Shown here piece by piece: positions 43,301 to 59,100 of a stretch of 64,000 nucleotides of DNA. The DNA is from Eledone cirrhosa (taxonomy: Eukaryota), in NCBI GenBank assembly GCA_964016885.1, contig OZ024744.1, forward strand, positions 133,114,001-133,178,000. Direction: 5' to 3'. The notes under the pieces were generated by a model. It was not told the DNA's origin, ran no database searches, and saw only the letters and a list, made by a program, of their open reading frames with translations. The position numbers were made by a program, and so were the translations under genes. How positions within the stretch are numbered: the stretch's first letter is position 1; each line of letters starts with the position of its first letter.

Positions 43301-45655
43301 TAACACCAACTTAACTTAACCCCAACTTAACTTAACCCCAACTTAACTTAACCCCAACTTACCTTATCCCCAACTTAACTGAACCCCAACTTAACTTAAC
43401 CCCAACTTAATATAACCCCAACTTAACTTAACCCCAACTTAACTCAACCCCAACTTAAATTAACCCCAACTTAAATTAACTCCAACTTAACTTAACACCA
43501 ACTTAACGTAACCCCAACTTAACTTAACCCCAACTTAACTTAAACCTAACTTAACTTAACCCCAACTTAACCCCAACTTAACTTGACCCCAACTTAACTT
43601 AACCTCAACTTAACTTAACCCCAACTTAACTTAACCCCATCTTAACTTAACCCCAACTTAACTTAACCCCAACTTAACTTAACCCCAACTTAAATTAACC
43701 CCAACTTAACTTAACCCCAACTTAACTTAACCCCGACTTAACTTAACCCCAACTTAACTTAACCCCAACTTAACTTAACCCCAACTTAACTTAACCACAA
43801 ATTAACTTAACCCCAACTTAAATTAACCCCAACTTAACTTAACCCCAACTTAACTTAACCCCAACTTAACTTAACCCCAACTTAACTTAAACCTAACCTA
43901 ACTTAACCCCAACTTAACCCCAACTTAACTTGACCCCAACTTAACTTAACCCCAACTTAACTCAACCCCAACTTAACTTAACCCCAACTTAACTCAGCCC
44001 CAACTTAACTCAGCCCCAACTTAACTTAGCCACAACTTAACTTAACACCAACTTAACTTAACCCCAACTTAACTTAACCCCAACTTAACTTAACACCAAC
44101 TTAACGTAACCCCAACTTAACTTAACCCCAACTTAACTTAAATCTAACTTAACTTAACCCCAACTTAACCCCAACTTAACTTGACCCCAACTTAACTTAA
44201 CCCCAACTTAACTCAACCCCAACTTAACTTAACCCCAACTTAACTCAGCCCCAACTTAACTCAGCCCCAACTTAACTTAGCCCCAACTTAACTTAACACC
44301 AACTTAACTTAACCCCAACTTAACTTAACCCCAACTTAACTTAACCCCAACTTAACTTATCCCCAACTTAACTGAACCCCAACTTAACTGAACCCCAACT
44401 TAAATTAACCCCAACTTAACTTAACCCCAACTTAACTTAACCCCAACTTAACTCAACACCAACTTAACTCAACCCCAACTTAACTCAACACCAATTTAAC
44501 TCAACCCCAACTTAACTCAACCCCAACTTAAGTTAACCCCAACTTAACTGAACCCTAACTTAACTTAACCCCGACTTAACTTAACCCCGACTTAACTTAA
44601 CCCCAACTTAACTTAACCCCAACTTAACTTAACCCCAACTTAACTTAACCCCAACTTAATTTAACCCCATCTTAACCCCAACTTAACTTAACCCCAACTT
44701 AACTGAACCCCAACTTAACTTAACCCCAACTTAAATAAACCCCAACTTAACTCAGCCCCAACTTAACTTAGCCCCAACTTAACTTAACCCCAACTTAACT
44801 TAACCCCAACTTAACTTAACCCCAACTTAACTTAACCCCAACTTAACTTAACCCCAACTTAACTTAAACCCAACTTAACTTAACCCCAACTTAAATTATC
44901 CCCAACTTAACTTATCCCCAACTTAACTTAACCCCAACTTAACTTAACCCCAACTTAACTTAACCCCAACTTAATTTAACCCCAACTTAACTTAACCTCA
45001 ACTTAACTTAACCCCAACTTAACTTAACCCCATCTTAACTTAACCCCAACTTAACTTAACCCCAACTTAACTTAACCCCAACTTAAATTAACCCCAACTT
45101 AACTTAACCCCAACTTAACTTAACCCCGACTTAACTTAACCCCAAATTAACTTAACCCCAACTTAACTTAACCCCAACTTAACCCCAACTTAACTTGACC
45201 CCAACTTAAATTAACCCCAACTTAACTCAACCCCAACTTAACTTAACCCCAACTTAGCTCAGCCCCAACTTAACTCAGCCCCAACTTAACTTAGCCCCAA
45301 CTTAACTTAACACCAACTTAACTTAACCCCACCTTAACTTAACCCCAACTTAACTTAACCCCAACTTAACTTATCCCCAACTTAACTGAACCCCAACTTA
45401 ACTTAACCCCAACTTAATATAACCCCAACTTAACTTAACCCCAACTTAACTCAACCCCAACTTAAATTAACCCCAACTTAACTTAACCCCAACTTAACTT
45501 AACCCCAACTTAATTAACCCCAATTTAAATTAACCCCAACTTAACTTAACACCAACTTAACGTAACCCCAACTTAATTTAACCCCAACTTAAATTAACCC
45601 CAACTTAACTTGCCCCCAACTTAACTTACCCCCAACGTAACTTAACCCCAACTTA
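40365..45655 (+). repeat. Nested tandem duplication of 2657 bp (about 40365-43000 vs about 43020-45655)
   Basis: CAACTGAACT 40436/43093 and AAATCT 41486/44143 both differ by 2657. Confidence 0.88.
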
Positions 45656-46109
45656 ATTTAACCCCAACTTAATTTAACCCCAACTTAACTTAACCCCAAA
45701 TTAACTCAACCCCAACTTAACTCAACCCCAACTTAACTTAACCCCAACTTAACTTAACCCCAACTTAACTTAACCACAAATTAACTCAACCCCAACTTAA
45801 CTCAACCCCAACTTAACCCCAACTTAACTTAACCCCAACTTAAATTAACCACAAAGTTAACTTAACCCCAATTTAAATTAACCCCAACTTAACTTAACCC
45901 CAACTTAACATAACCACCACTTAATTAACCCCAACTTAACTCAACCCCAACTTAACTTAACCCTAACTTAACTTAACCCCAACTTAACCGCAACTTAACT
46001 TAACCCCAACTTAACTTACCCCCAACTTAACTTACCCCCAACTTAACTGAACCCCAACTTAAGTTAAGCCTAACTTAACTTAACGCCAACTTAACCTAAC
46101 CCCGACTTA

Positions 46110-46282
46110 GGGCTTAAGTTAAGTTGGGGCTAAGTTAAGTTGGGGTTAAGTCAAGTTGGAAGTTGTGGTTGAGTGAAGTTGGGGTTAAGTTAAGTTGGGG
46201 TTGAGTGAAGTTGGGGTTAAGTTAAGTTGGGGTTGAGTTACGTTGGGGTTGAGTTACGTTGGGGTTAAGTTAAGTTGGGGTT
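46110..46282 (-). repeat. Inverted satellite block, copy 7 (173 bp, type C)
   Basis: Matches copy 5 including flanking variants; offset 13891 bp (11234 + 2657). Confidence 0.97.
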
Positions 46283-49200
46283 AACCCCAACTTAACTTAA
46301 CCCCAACTTAACTTAACCCCAACTTAACTTAACCCCAACTTAACTTAACCCCAACTTCACTTAACCCCAACTTAACTTAACCCCAACTTAACTTAAACCT
46401 AACTTACTTAACCCCAGCTTAACCCCAACTTAACTTGACCCCAACTTAACTTAACCCCAACTTAACTCAGCCCCAACTTAACTCAGCCCCAACTTAACTT
46501 AGCCCCAACTTAACTTAACACCAACTTAACTTAACCCCAACTTAACTTAACCCCAACTTAACTTAACCCCAACTTAACTTATACCCAACTTAACTGAACC
46601 CCAACTTAACTTAACCCCAACTTAATATAACCCCAACTTAACTTAACCCCAACTTAACTCAACCCCAACTTAAATTAACCCCAACTTAACTTAACCCCAA
46701 CTTAATTAACCCCAACTTAAATTAACCCCAACTTAACTTAACACCAACTTAACGTAACCCCAACTTAAATAAACCCCAACTTAAATTAACCCCAACTTAA
46801 CTTAACCCCAACTTAACTTAACCCCAACTTAACTTAACCCCAACTTAACTTATCCCCAACTTAACTTAACCCCAACTTAACTTAAACCCAACTTAACTTA
46901 ACCCCAACTTAACTTAACCCCAACTTAATTTAACCCCAACTTAACTTAACCTCAACTTAACTTAACCCCAACTTAACTTAACCCCAACTTAACTTAACCC
47001 CAACTTAATTTAACCCCAACTTAACTTAACCTCAACTTAACTTAGCCCCAACTTAACTTAACCCCAACTTAAATTAACCCCAACTTAACTTAACCCCAAC
47101 TTAACTTAACCCCGACTTAACTTAACCCCAACTTAACTTAACCCCAACTTAACTTAACCCCAACTTAACTTAACCACAAATTAACTTAACCCCAACTTAA
47201 CTTAACCCCAACTTAACTTAACCCCAACTTAACTTAACCCCAACTTAACTTAACCCCAACTTAACTTAACCCCAACTTAATTTAACCCCAACTTAACTTA
47301 ACCTCAACTTAACTTAACCCCAACTTAACTTAACCCCAACTTAAATTAACCCCAACTTAACTTAACCCCAACTTAACTTAACCCCAACTTAATTAACCCC
47401 AACTTAAATTAACACCAACTTAACTTAACACCAACTTAACGTAACCCCAACTTAATTTAACCCCAACTTAAATTAACCCCAACTTAACTTGCCCCCAACT
47501 TAACTTACCCCCAACTTAACTTAACCCCAACTTAATTTAACCCCAACTTAATTTAACCCCAACTTAACTTAAACCCAACTTAACTTAACCCCAACTTAAC
47601 TTAACCCCAAATTAACTCAACCCCAACTTAACTCAACCCCAACTTAACTTAACCCCAACTTAACTTAACCCCAACTTGACTTAACCACAAATTAACTTAG
47701 CCCCAACTTAAATTAACCCCAACTTAACTCAACCACAACTTAACTTAACCCCGACTTAACTTAACCCCACCTTAACTTAACCTCAACTTAACTTAACTGC
47801 AACTTAACTTAACCCCAACTTAACTTAACCCCAACTTAACTCAACACCAACTTAACTCAACCCCAACTTAACTCAACGCCAATTTAACTCAACCCCAACT
47901 TAACTCAACCCCAACTTAAATTAACCCCAACTTAACTTAAACTCAACTTAACTAACCAACTTAACTTAACCCCAACTTAACTTGACCCCAACTTAACTTA
48001 ACCCCAACTTAACTTAAACCCAACTTAACTTAACCCCAACTTAACTTAACCCCAACTTAACTTAACCCCAACTTAACCCCAAATTAAATTAACCTCAACT
48101 TAACTTAACCCCAACTTAACTTAGCCCCAACTTAACTTAGCCCCAACTTAACTTAGCCCCAACTTAACTTAACCCCAACTTAACTTAACCGCACCTTAAC
48201 TTAACCTCAACTTAACTTAACTGCAACTTAACTTAACCCCAACTTAACTTAACCCCAACTTAACTCAAAACCAACTTAACTCAACCCCAACTTAACTCAA
48301 CCCCAATTTAACTCAACCCCAACTTAACTCAACCCCAACTTAACTTAACCCCAACTTAACTGAACCCTAACTTAACTTAACCCCGACTTAACTTAACCCC
48401 GACTTAACTTAACCCCAACTTAACTTAACCCCAACTTAACTTAACCCCAACTTAACTTAACCCCAACTTAATTTAACCCCATCTTAACCCCAACTTATCT
48501 TAACCCCAACTTAACTGAACCCCAACTTAATTTAACCCCAACTTAAATAAACCCCAACTTAACTTAACCCCAACTTAACTTAACACCAACTTAACTTAAC
48601 CCCAACTTAACTCAGCCCCAACTTAACTTAGCCCCAACTTAACTTAACCCCAACTTAACCCCAACTTAACTTAACCCCAACTTAACTTAACCCCAACTTA
48701 ACTTAACCCCAACTTAACTTAAACCCAACTTAACTTAACCCCAACTTAAATTATCCCCAACTTAACTTATCCCCAACTTAACTTAACCCCAACTTAACTT
48801 AACCCCAACTTAACTTAACCCCAACTTAATTGAACCCCAACTTAACTTAACCTCAACTTAACTTAACCCCAACTTAACTTAACCCCATCTTAACTTAACC
48901 CCATCTTAACTTAACCCCAACTTAACTTAACCCCAACTTAACTTAACTCCAACTTAACTTAACCCCGACTTAACTTAACCCCAACTTAACTTAACCCCAA
49001 CTTAACTTAACCCCAACTTAACTTAACCACAAATTAACTTAACCCCAACTTAACTTAACCCCAACTTAACTTAACCCCAACTTAACTTAACCCCAACTTA
49101 ACTTAACCCCAACTTAACTTAAACCTAACTTAACTTAACCCCAACTTAACCCCAACTTAACTTGACCCCAACTTAACTTAACCCCAACTTAACTCAACCC

Positions 49201-50199
49201 CAACTTAACTTAACCCCAACTTAACTCAGCCCCAACTTAACTCAGCCCCAACTTAACTTAGCCACAACTTAACTTAACACCAACTTAACTTAACCCCAAC
49301 TTAACTTCACCCCAACTTAACTTAACCCCAACTTAACTTATCCCCAACTTAACTGAACCCCAACTTAACTTAACCCCAACTTAATATAACCCCAACTTAA
49401 CTTAACCCCAACTTAACTCAACCCCAACTTAAATTAACCCCAACTTAACTTATCCCCAACTTAACTTAACCCCAACTTAATTAACCCCAACTTAAATTAA
49501 CCCCAACTTAACTTAACACCAACTTAACGTAACCCCAACTTAAATAAACCCCAACTTAAATTAACCCCAACTTAACTTAACCCCAACTTAACTTAACCCC
49601 AACTTAACTCAGCCCCAACTTAACTTAGCCCCAACTTAACTTAACCCCAACTTAACTTAACCCCAACTTAACTTAACCCCAACTTAACTTATCCCCAACT
49701 TAACTTAACCCCAACTTAACTTAAACCCAACTTAACTTAACCCCAACTTAAATTATCCCCAACTTAACTTATCCCCAACTTAACTTAACCCCAACTTAAC
49801 TTAACCCCAACTTAATTTAACCCCAACTTAACTTAACCCCAACTTAACTTAACCCCAACTTAACTCAACCCCAACTTAACTTAACCCCAACTTAACTCAG
49901 CCCCAAATTAATTCAGCCCCAACTTAACTTAGCCCCAACTTACCTTAACACCAACTTAACTTAACCCCAACTTAACTTAACCCCAACTTAACTTAACCCC
50001 AACTTACCTTATCCCCAACTTAACTGAACCCCAACTTAACTTAACCCCAACTTAATATAACCCCAACTTAACTTAACCCCAACTTAACTCAACCCCAACT
50101 TAAATTAACCCCAACTTAAATTAACTCCAACTTAACTTAACACCAACTTAACGTAACCCCAACTTAACTTAACCCCAACTTAACTTAAACCTAACTTAA

Positions 50200-53100
50200 C
50201 TTAACCCCAACTTAACCCCAACTTAACTTGACCCCAACTTAACTTAACCTCAACTTAACTTAACCCCAACTTAACTTAACCCCATCTTAACTTAACCCCA
50301 ACTTAACTTAACCCCAACTTAACTTAACCCCAACTTAAATTAACCCCAACTTAACTTAACCCCAACTTAACTTAACCCCGACTTAACTTAACCCCAACTT
50401 AACTTAACCCCAACTTAACTTAACCCCAACTTAACTTAACCACAAATTAACTTAACCCCAACTTAAATTAACCCCAACTTAACTTAACCCCAACTTAACT
50501 TAACCCCAACTTAACTTAACCCCAACTTAACTTAAACCTAACCTAACTTAACCCCAACTTAACCCCAACTTAACTTGACCCCAACTTAACTTAACCCCAA
50601 CTTAACTCAACCCCAACTTAACTTAACCCCAACTTAACTCAGCCCCAACTTAACTCAGCCCCAACTTAACTTAGCCACAACTTAACTTAACACCAACTTA
50701 ACTTAACCCCAACTTAACTTAACCCCAACTTAACTTAACCCCAACTTAACTTATCCCCAACTTAACTGAACCCCAACTTAACTTAACCCCAACTTAATAT
50801 AACCCCAACTTAACTTAACCCCAACTTAACTCAACCCCAACTTAAATTAACCCCAACTTAACTTATCCCCAACTTAACTTAACCCCAACTTAATTAACCC
50901 CAACTTAAATTAACCCCAACTTAACTTAACACCAACTTAACGTAACCCCAACTTAACTTAACCCCAACTTAACTTAAACCTAACTTAACTTAACCCCAAC
51001 TTAACCCCAACTTAACTTGACCCCAACTTAACTTAACCCCAACTTAACTCAACCCCAACTTAACTTAACCCCAACTTAACTCAGCCCCAACTTAACTCAG
51101 CCCCAACTTAACTTAGCCCCAACTTAACTTAACACCAACTTAACTTAACCCCAACTTAACTTAACCCCAACTTAACTTAACCCCAACTTAACTTATCCCC
51201 AACTTAACTGAACCCCAACTTAACTGAACCCCAACTTAAATTAACCCCAACTTAACTTAACCCCAACTTAACTTAACCCCAACTTAACTCAACACCAACT
51301 TAACTCAACCCCAACTTAACTCAACCCCAATTTAACTCAACCCCAACTTAACTCAACCCCAACTTAACTTAACCCCAACTTAACTGAACCCTAACTTAAC
51401 TTAACCCCGACTTAACTTAACCCCAACTTAACTTAACCCCAACTTAACTTAACCCCAACTTAACTTAACCCCAACTTAATTTAACCCCATCTTAACCCCA
51501 ACTTAACTTAACCCCAACTTAACTGAACCCCAACTTAACTTAACACCAACTTAACGTAACCCCAACTTAAATAAACCCCAACTTAAATTAACCCCAACTT
51601 AACTTAACCCCAACTTAACTTAACCCCAACTTAACTTAACCCCAACTTAACTTATCCCCAACTTAACTTAACCCCAACTTAACTTAAACCCAACTTAACT
51701 TAACCCCAACTTAACTTAACCCCAACTTAATTTAACGCCAACTTAACTTAACCTCAACTTAACTTAACCCCAACTTAACTTAACCCCAACTTAACTTAAC
51801 CCCAACTTAATTTAACCCCAACTTAACTTAACCTCAACTTAACTTAGCCCCAACTTAACTTAACCCCAACTTAAATTAACCCCAACTTAACTTAACCCCA
51901 ACTTAACTTAACCCCGACTTAACTTAACCCCAACTTAACTTAACCGCAACTTAACTTAACCCCAACTTAACTTAACCACAAATTAACTTAACCCCAACTT
52001 AACTTAACCCCAACTTAACTTAACCCCAACTTAACTTAACCCCAACTTAACTTAAACCTAACTTAACTTAACCCCAACTTAACCCCAACTTAACTTGACC
52101 CCAACTTAACTTAACCCCAACTTAACTCAACCCCAACTTAACTTAACCCCAACTTAACTCAGCCCCAACTTAACTCAGCCCCAACTTAACTTAGCCCCAA
52201 CTTAACTTAACACCAACTTAACTTAACCCCAACTTAACTTAACCCCAACTTAACTTAACCCCAACTTAACTTATCCCCAAGTTAACTGAACCCCAACTTA
52301 ACTCAACCCCAACTTAAATTAACCCCAACTTAACTTAACCCCAACTTAACTTAACCCCAACTTAATTAACCCCAACTTAAATTAACCCCAACTTAACTTA
52401 ACACCAACTTAACGTAACCCCAACTTAATTTAACCCCAACTTAAATTAACCCCAACTTAACTTGCCCCCAACTTAACTTACCCCCAACTTAACTTAACCC
52501 CAACTTAATTTAACCCCAACTTAATTTAACCCCAACTTAACTTAAACCCAACTTAACTTAACCCCAACTTAACTTAACCCCAAATTAACTCAACCCCAAC
52601 TTAACTCAACCCCAACTTAACTTAACCCCAACTTAACTTAACCACAAATTAACTTAGCCCCAACTTAAATTAACCCCAACTTAACTCAACCACAACTTAA
52701 CTTAACCCCGACTTAACTTAACCCCACCTTAACTTAACCTCAACTTAACTTAACTGCAACTTAACTTAACCCCAACTTAACTGAACCCCAACTTAACTCA
52801 ACACCAACTTAACTCAACCCCAACTTAACTCAACGCCAATTTAACTCAACCCCAACTTAACTCAACCCCAACTTAACTTAACCCCGACTTAAATTAACCC
52901 CGACTTAACTTAACCCCAACTTAACTCAACCCCAACTTAACTTAACCCCAACTTAACTTAACCCCAACTTAACTTAACCCCAACTTAAATTAACCCCAAC
53001 TTAACTTAAACTCAACTTAACTAACCAACTTAACTTAACCCCAACTTAACTTGACCCCAACTTAACTTAACCCCAACTTAACTTAAACCCAACTTAACTT

Positions 53101-56100
53101 AACCCCAACTTAACTTAACCCCAACTTAACTTAACCCCAACTTAACCCCAAATTAAATTAACCTCAACTTAACTTAACCCCAACTTAACTTAGCCCCAAC
53201 TTAACTTAGCCCCAACTTAACTTAGCCCCAACTTAACTTAACCCCAACTTAACTTAACCGCACCTTAACTTAACCTCAACTTAACTTAACTGCAACTTAA
53301 CTTAACCCCAACTTAACTTAACCCCAACTTAACTCAAAACCAACTTAACTCAACCCCAACTTAACTCAACCCCAATTTAACTCAACCCCAACTTAACTCA
53401 ACCCCAACTTAACTTAACCCCAACTTAACTGAACCCTAACTTAACTTAACCCCGACTTAACTTAACCCCGACTTAACTTAACCCCAACTTAACTTAACCC
53501 CAACTTAACTTAACCCCAACTTAACTTAACCCCAACTTAATTTAACCCCATCTTAACCCCAACTTATCTTAACCCCAACTTAACTGAACCCCAACTTAAT
53601 TTAACCCCAACTTAAATAAACCCCAACTTAACTTAACCCCAACTTAACTTAACCCCAACTTAACTTAACCCCAACTTAACTCAGCCCCAACTTAACTTAG
53701 CCCCAACTTAACTTAACCCCAACTTAACTTAACCCCAACTTAACTTAACCCCAACTTAACTTAACACCAACTTAACGTAACCCCAACTTAATTTAACCCC
53801 AACTTAAATTAACCTCAACTTAACTTAACCCCAACTTAACTTAACCCCATCTTAACTTAACCCCAACTTAACTTAACCCCAACTTAACTTAACCCCAACT
53901 TAAATTAACCCCAACTTAACTTAACCCCAACTTAACTTAACCCCGACTTAACTTAACCCCAACTTAACTTAATCCCAACTTAACTTAACCCCAACTTAAC
54001 TTAACCACAAATTAACTTAACCCCAACTTAACTTAACCCCAACTTAACTTAACCCCAACTTAACTTAACCCCAACTTAACTTAACCCCAACTTAACTTAA
54101 ACCTAACTTAACTTAACCCCAACTTAACCCCAACTTAACTTGACCCCAACTTAACTTAACCCCAACTTAACTCAACCCCAACTTAACTTAACCCCAACTT
54201 AACTCAGCCCCAACTTAACTCAGCCCCAACTTAACTTAGCCACAACTTAACTTAACACCAACTTAACTTAACCCCAACTTAACTTAACCCCAACTTAACT
54301 TAACCCCAACTTAACTTATCCCCAACTTAACTGAACCCCAACTTAACTTAACCCCAACTCAATATAACCCCAACTTAACTTAACCCCAACTTAACTCAAC
54401 CCCAACTTAAATTAACCCCAACTTAACTTATCCCCAACTTAACTTAACCCCAACTTAATTAACCCCAACTTAAATTAACCCCAACTTAACTTAACACCAA
54501 CTTAACGTAACCCCAACTTAAATAAACCCCAACTTAAATGAACCCCAACTTAACTTAACCCCAACTTAACTTAACCCCAACTTAACTCAGCCCAAACTTA
54601 ACTTAGCCCCAACTTAACTTAACCCCAACTTAACTTAACCCCAACTTAACTTAACCCCAACTTAACTTAAACCTAACTTAACTTAACCCCAACTTAACCC
54701 CAACTTAACTTGACCCCAACTTAACTTAACCTCAACTTAACTTAACCCCAACTTAACTTAACCCCATCTTAACTTAACCCCAACTTAACTTAACCCCAAC
54801 TTAACTTAACCCCAACTTAAATTAACCCCAACTTAACTTAACCCCAACTTAACTTAACCCCGACTTAACTTAACCCCAACTTAACTTAACCCCAACTTAA
54901 CTTAACCCCAACTTAACTTAACCACAAATTAACTTAACCCCAACTTAACTTAACCCCAACTTAACTTAACCCCAACTTAACTTAACCCCAACTTAACTTA
55001 ACCCCAACTTAACTTAAACCTAACCTAACTTAACCCCAACTTAACCCCAACTTAACTTGACCCCAACTTAACTTAACCCCAACTTAACTCAACCCCAACT
55101 TAACTTAACCCCAACTTAACTCAGCCCCAACTTAACTCAGCCCCAACTTAACTTAGCCACAACTTAACTTAACACCAACTTAACTTAACCCCAACTTAAC
55201 TTAACCCCAACTTAACTTAACCCCAACTTAACTTATCCCCAACTTAACTGAACCCCAACTTAACTTAACCCCAACTTAATATAACCCCAACTTAACTTAT
55301 CCCCAACTTAACTTAACCCCAACTTAATTAACCCCAACTTAAATTAACCCCAACTTAACTTAACACCAACTTAACGTAACCCCAACTTAACTTAACCCCA
55401 ACTTAACTTAAACCTAACTTAACTTAACCCCAACTTAACCCCAACTTAACTTGACCCCAACTTAACTTAACCCCAACTTAACTCAACCCCAACTTAACTT
55501 AACCCCAACTTAACTCAGCCCCAACTTAACTCAGCCCCAACTTAACTTAGCCCCAACTTAACTTAACACCAACTTAACTTAACCCCAACTTAACTTAACC
55601 CCAACTTAACTTAACCCCAACTTAACTTATCCCCAACTTAACTGAACCCCAACTTAACTGAACCCCAACTTAAATTAACCCCAACTTAACTTAACCCCAA
55701 CTTAACTTAACCCCAACTTAACTCAACACCAACTTAACTCAACCCCAACTTAACTCAACCCCAATTTAACTCAACCCCAACTTAACTCAACCCCAACTTA
55801 ACTTAACCCCAACTTAACTGAACCCTAACTTAACTTAACCCCGACTTAACTTAACCCCAACTTAACTTTACCCCAACTTAACTTAACCCCAACTTAACTT
55901 AACCCCAACTTAATTTAACCCCATCTTAACCCCAACTTAACTTAACCCCAACTTAACTGAACCCCAACTTAACTTAACACCAACTTAACGTAACCCCAAC
56001 TTAAATAAACCCCAACTTAAATTAACCCCAACTTAACTTAACCCCAACTTAACTTAACCCCAACTTAACTTAACCCCAACTTAACTTATCCCCAACTTAA

Positions 56101-59100
56101 CTTAACCCCAACTTAACTTAAACCCAACTTAACTTAACCCCAACTTAACTTAACCCCAACTTAATTTAACGCCAACTTAACTTAACCTCAACTTAACTTA
56201 ACCCCAACTTAACTTAACCCCAACTTAACTTAACCCCAACTTAATTTAACCCCAACTTAACTTAACCTCAACTTAACTTAGCCCCAACTTAACTTAACCC
56301 CAACTTAAATTAACCCCAACTTAACTTAACCCCAACTTAAATTAACCCCGACTTAACTTAACCCCAACTTAACTTAACCGCAACTTAACTTAACCCCAAC
56401 TTAACTTAACCACAAATTAACTTAACCCCAACTTAACTTAACCCCAACTTAACTTAACCCCAACTTAACTTAAACCTTACTTAACTTATCCCCAACTTAA
56501 CCCCAACTTAACTTGACCCCAACTTAACTTAACCCCAACTTAACTCAACCCCAACTTAACTTAACCCCAACTTAACTCAGCCCCAACTTAACTCAGCCCC
56601 AACTTAACTTAGCCCCAACTTAACTTAACACCAACTTAACTTAACCCCAACTTAATTTAACCCCAACTTAACTTAACCCCAACTTAACTTATCCCCAACT
56701 TAACTGAACCCCAACTTAACTCAACCCCAACTTAAATTAACCCCAACTTAACTTAACCCCAACTTAACTTAACCCCAACTTAATTAACCCCAACTTAAAT
56801 TAACCCCAACTTAACTTAACACCAACTTAACGTAACCCCAACTTAATTTAACCCCAACTTAAATTAACCCCAACTTAACTTGCCCCCAACTTAACTTACC
56901 CCCAACTTAACTTAACCCCAACTTAATTTAACCCCAACTTAATTTAACCCCAACTTAACTTAAACCCAACTTAACTTAACCCCAACTTAACTTAACCCCA
57001 AATTAACTCAACCCCAACTTAACTCAACCCCAACTTAACTTAACCCCAACTTAACTTAACCACAAATTAACTTAGCCCCAACTTAAATTAACCCCAACTT
57101 AACTCAACCACAACTTAACTTAACCCCGACTTAACTTAACCCCACCTTAACTTAACCTCAACTTAACTTAACTGCAACTTAACTTAACCCCAACTTAACT
57201 TAACCCCAACTTAACTCAACACCAACTTAACTCAACCCCAACTTAACTCAACGCCAATTTAACTCAACCCCAACTTAACTCAACCCCAACTTAACTTAAC
57301 CCCGACTTAAATTAACCCCGACTTAACTTAACCCCAACTTAACTCAACCCCAACTTAACTTAACCCCAACTTAACTTAACCCCAACTTAACTTAACCCCA
57401 ACTTAAATTAACCCCAACTTAACTTAAACTCAACTTAACTAACCAACTTAACTTAACCCCAACTTAACTTGACCCCAACTTAACTTAACCCCAACTTAAC
57501 TTAAACCCAACTTAACTTAACCCCAACTTAACTTAACCCCAACTTAACTTAACCCCAACTTAACCCCAAATTAAATTAACCTCAACTTAACTTAACCCCA
57601 ACTTAACTTAGCCCCAACTTAACTTAGCCCCAACTTAACTTAGCCCCAACTTAACTTAACCCCAACTTAACTTAACCCCAACTTAACTTAACCCCAACTT
57701 AACTCAAAACCAACTTAACTCAACCCCAACTTAACTCAACCCCAATTTAACTCAACCCCAACTTAACTCAACCCCAACTTAACTTAACCCCAACTTAACT
57801 GAACCCTAACTTAACTTAACCCCGACTTAACTTAACCCCGACTTAACTTAACCCCAACTTAACTTAACCCCAACTTAACTTAACCCCAACTTAACTTAAC
57901 CCCAACTTAATTTAACCCCATCTTAACCCCAACTTATCTTAACCCCAACTTAACTGAACCCCAACTTAATTTAACCCCAACTTAAATAAACCCCAACTTA
58001 ACTTAACCCCAACTTAACTTAACCCCAACTTAACTTAACCCCAACTTAACTCAGCCCCAACTTAACTTAGCCCCAACTTAACTTAACCCCAACTTAACTT
58101 AACCCCAACTTAACTTAACACCAACTTAACGTAACCCCAACTTAATTTAACCCCAACTTAAATTAACCTCAACTTAACTTAACCCCAACTTAACTTAACC
58201 CCATCTTAACTTAACCCCAACTTAACTTAACCCCAACTTAACTTAACCCCAACTTAAATTAACCCCAACTTAACTTAACCCCAACTTAACTTAACCCCGA
58301 CTTAACTTAACCCAAACTTAACTTAATCCCAACTTAACTTAACCCCAACTTAACTTAACCACAAATTAACTTAACCCCAACTTAACTTAACCCCAACTTA
58401 ACTTAACCCCAACTTAACTTAACCCCAACTTAACTTAACCCCAATTTAACTTAAACCTAACTTAACTTAACCCCAACTTAACCCCAACTTAACTTGACCC
58501 CAACTTAACTTAACCCCAACTTAACTCAACCCCAACTTAACTTAACCCCAACTTAACTCAGCCCCAACTTAACTCAGCCCCAACTTAACTTAGCCACAAC
58601 TTAACTTAACACCAACTTAACTTAACCCCAACTTAACTTAACCCCAACTTAACTTAACCCCAACTTAACTTATCCCCAACTTAACTGAACCCCAACTTAA
58701 CTTAACCCCAACTCAATATAACCCCAACTTAACTTAACCCCAACTTAACTCAACCCCAACTTAAATTAACCCCAACTTAACTTATCCCCAACTTAACTTA
58801 ACCCCAACTTAATTAACCCCAACTTAAATTAACCCCAACTTAACTTAACACCAACTTAACGTAACCCCAACTTAAATAAACCCCAACTTAAATGAACCCC
58901 AACTTAACTTAACCCCAACTTAACTTAACCCCAACTTAACTCAGCCCCAACTTAACTTAGCCCCAACTTAACTTAACCCCAACTTAACTTAACCCCAACT
59001 TAACTTAACCCCAACTTAACTTAAACCTAACTTTACTTAACCCCAACTTAACCCCAACTTAACTTAACTGCAACTTAACTTAACCCCAACTTAACTTAAC

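Larger units (their letters stand above)
22480..47610 (+). repeat. Tandem duplication of 11,234 bp (about 22480-33720 vs about 33720-47610); second copy has an internal 2657-bp duplication
   Basis: Offset 11234 at CCCTAACTTAATAT 22643/33877, inversion 25481/36715 and AAATCT 30252/41486. Offset 13891 at inversion 32219/46110, ending at 33720/47611. Confidence 0.88.
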
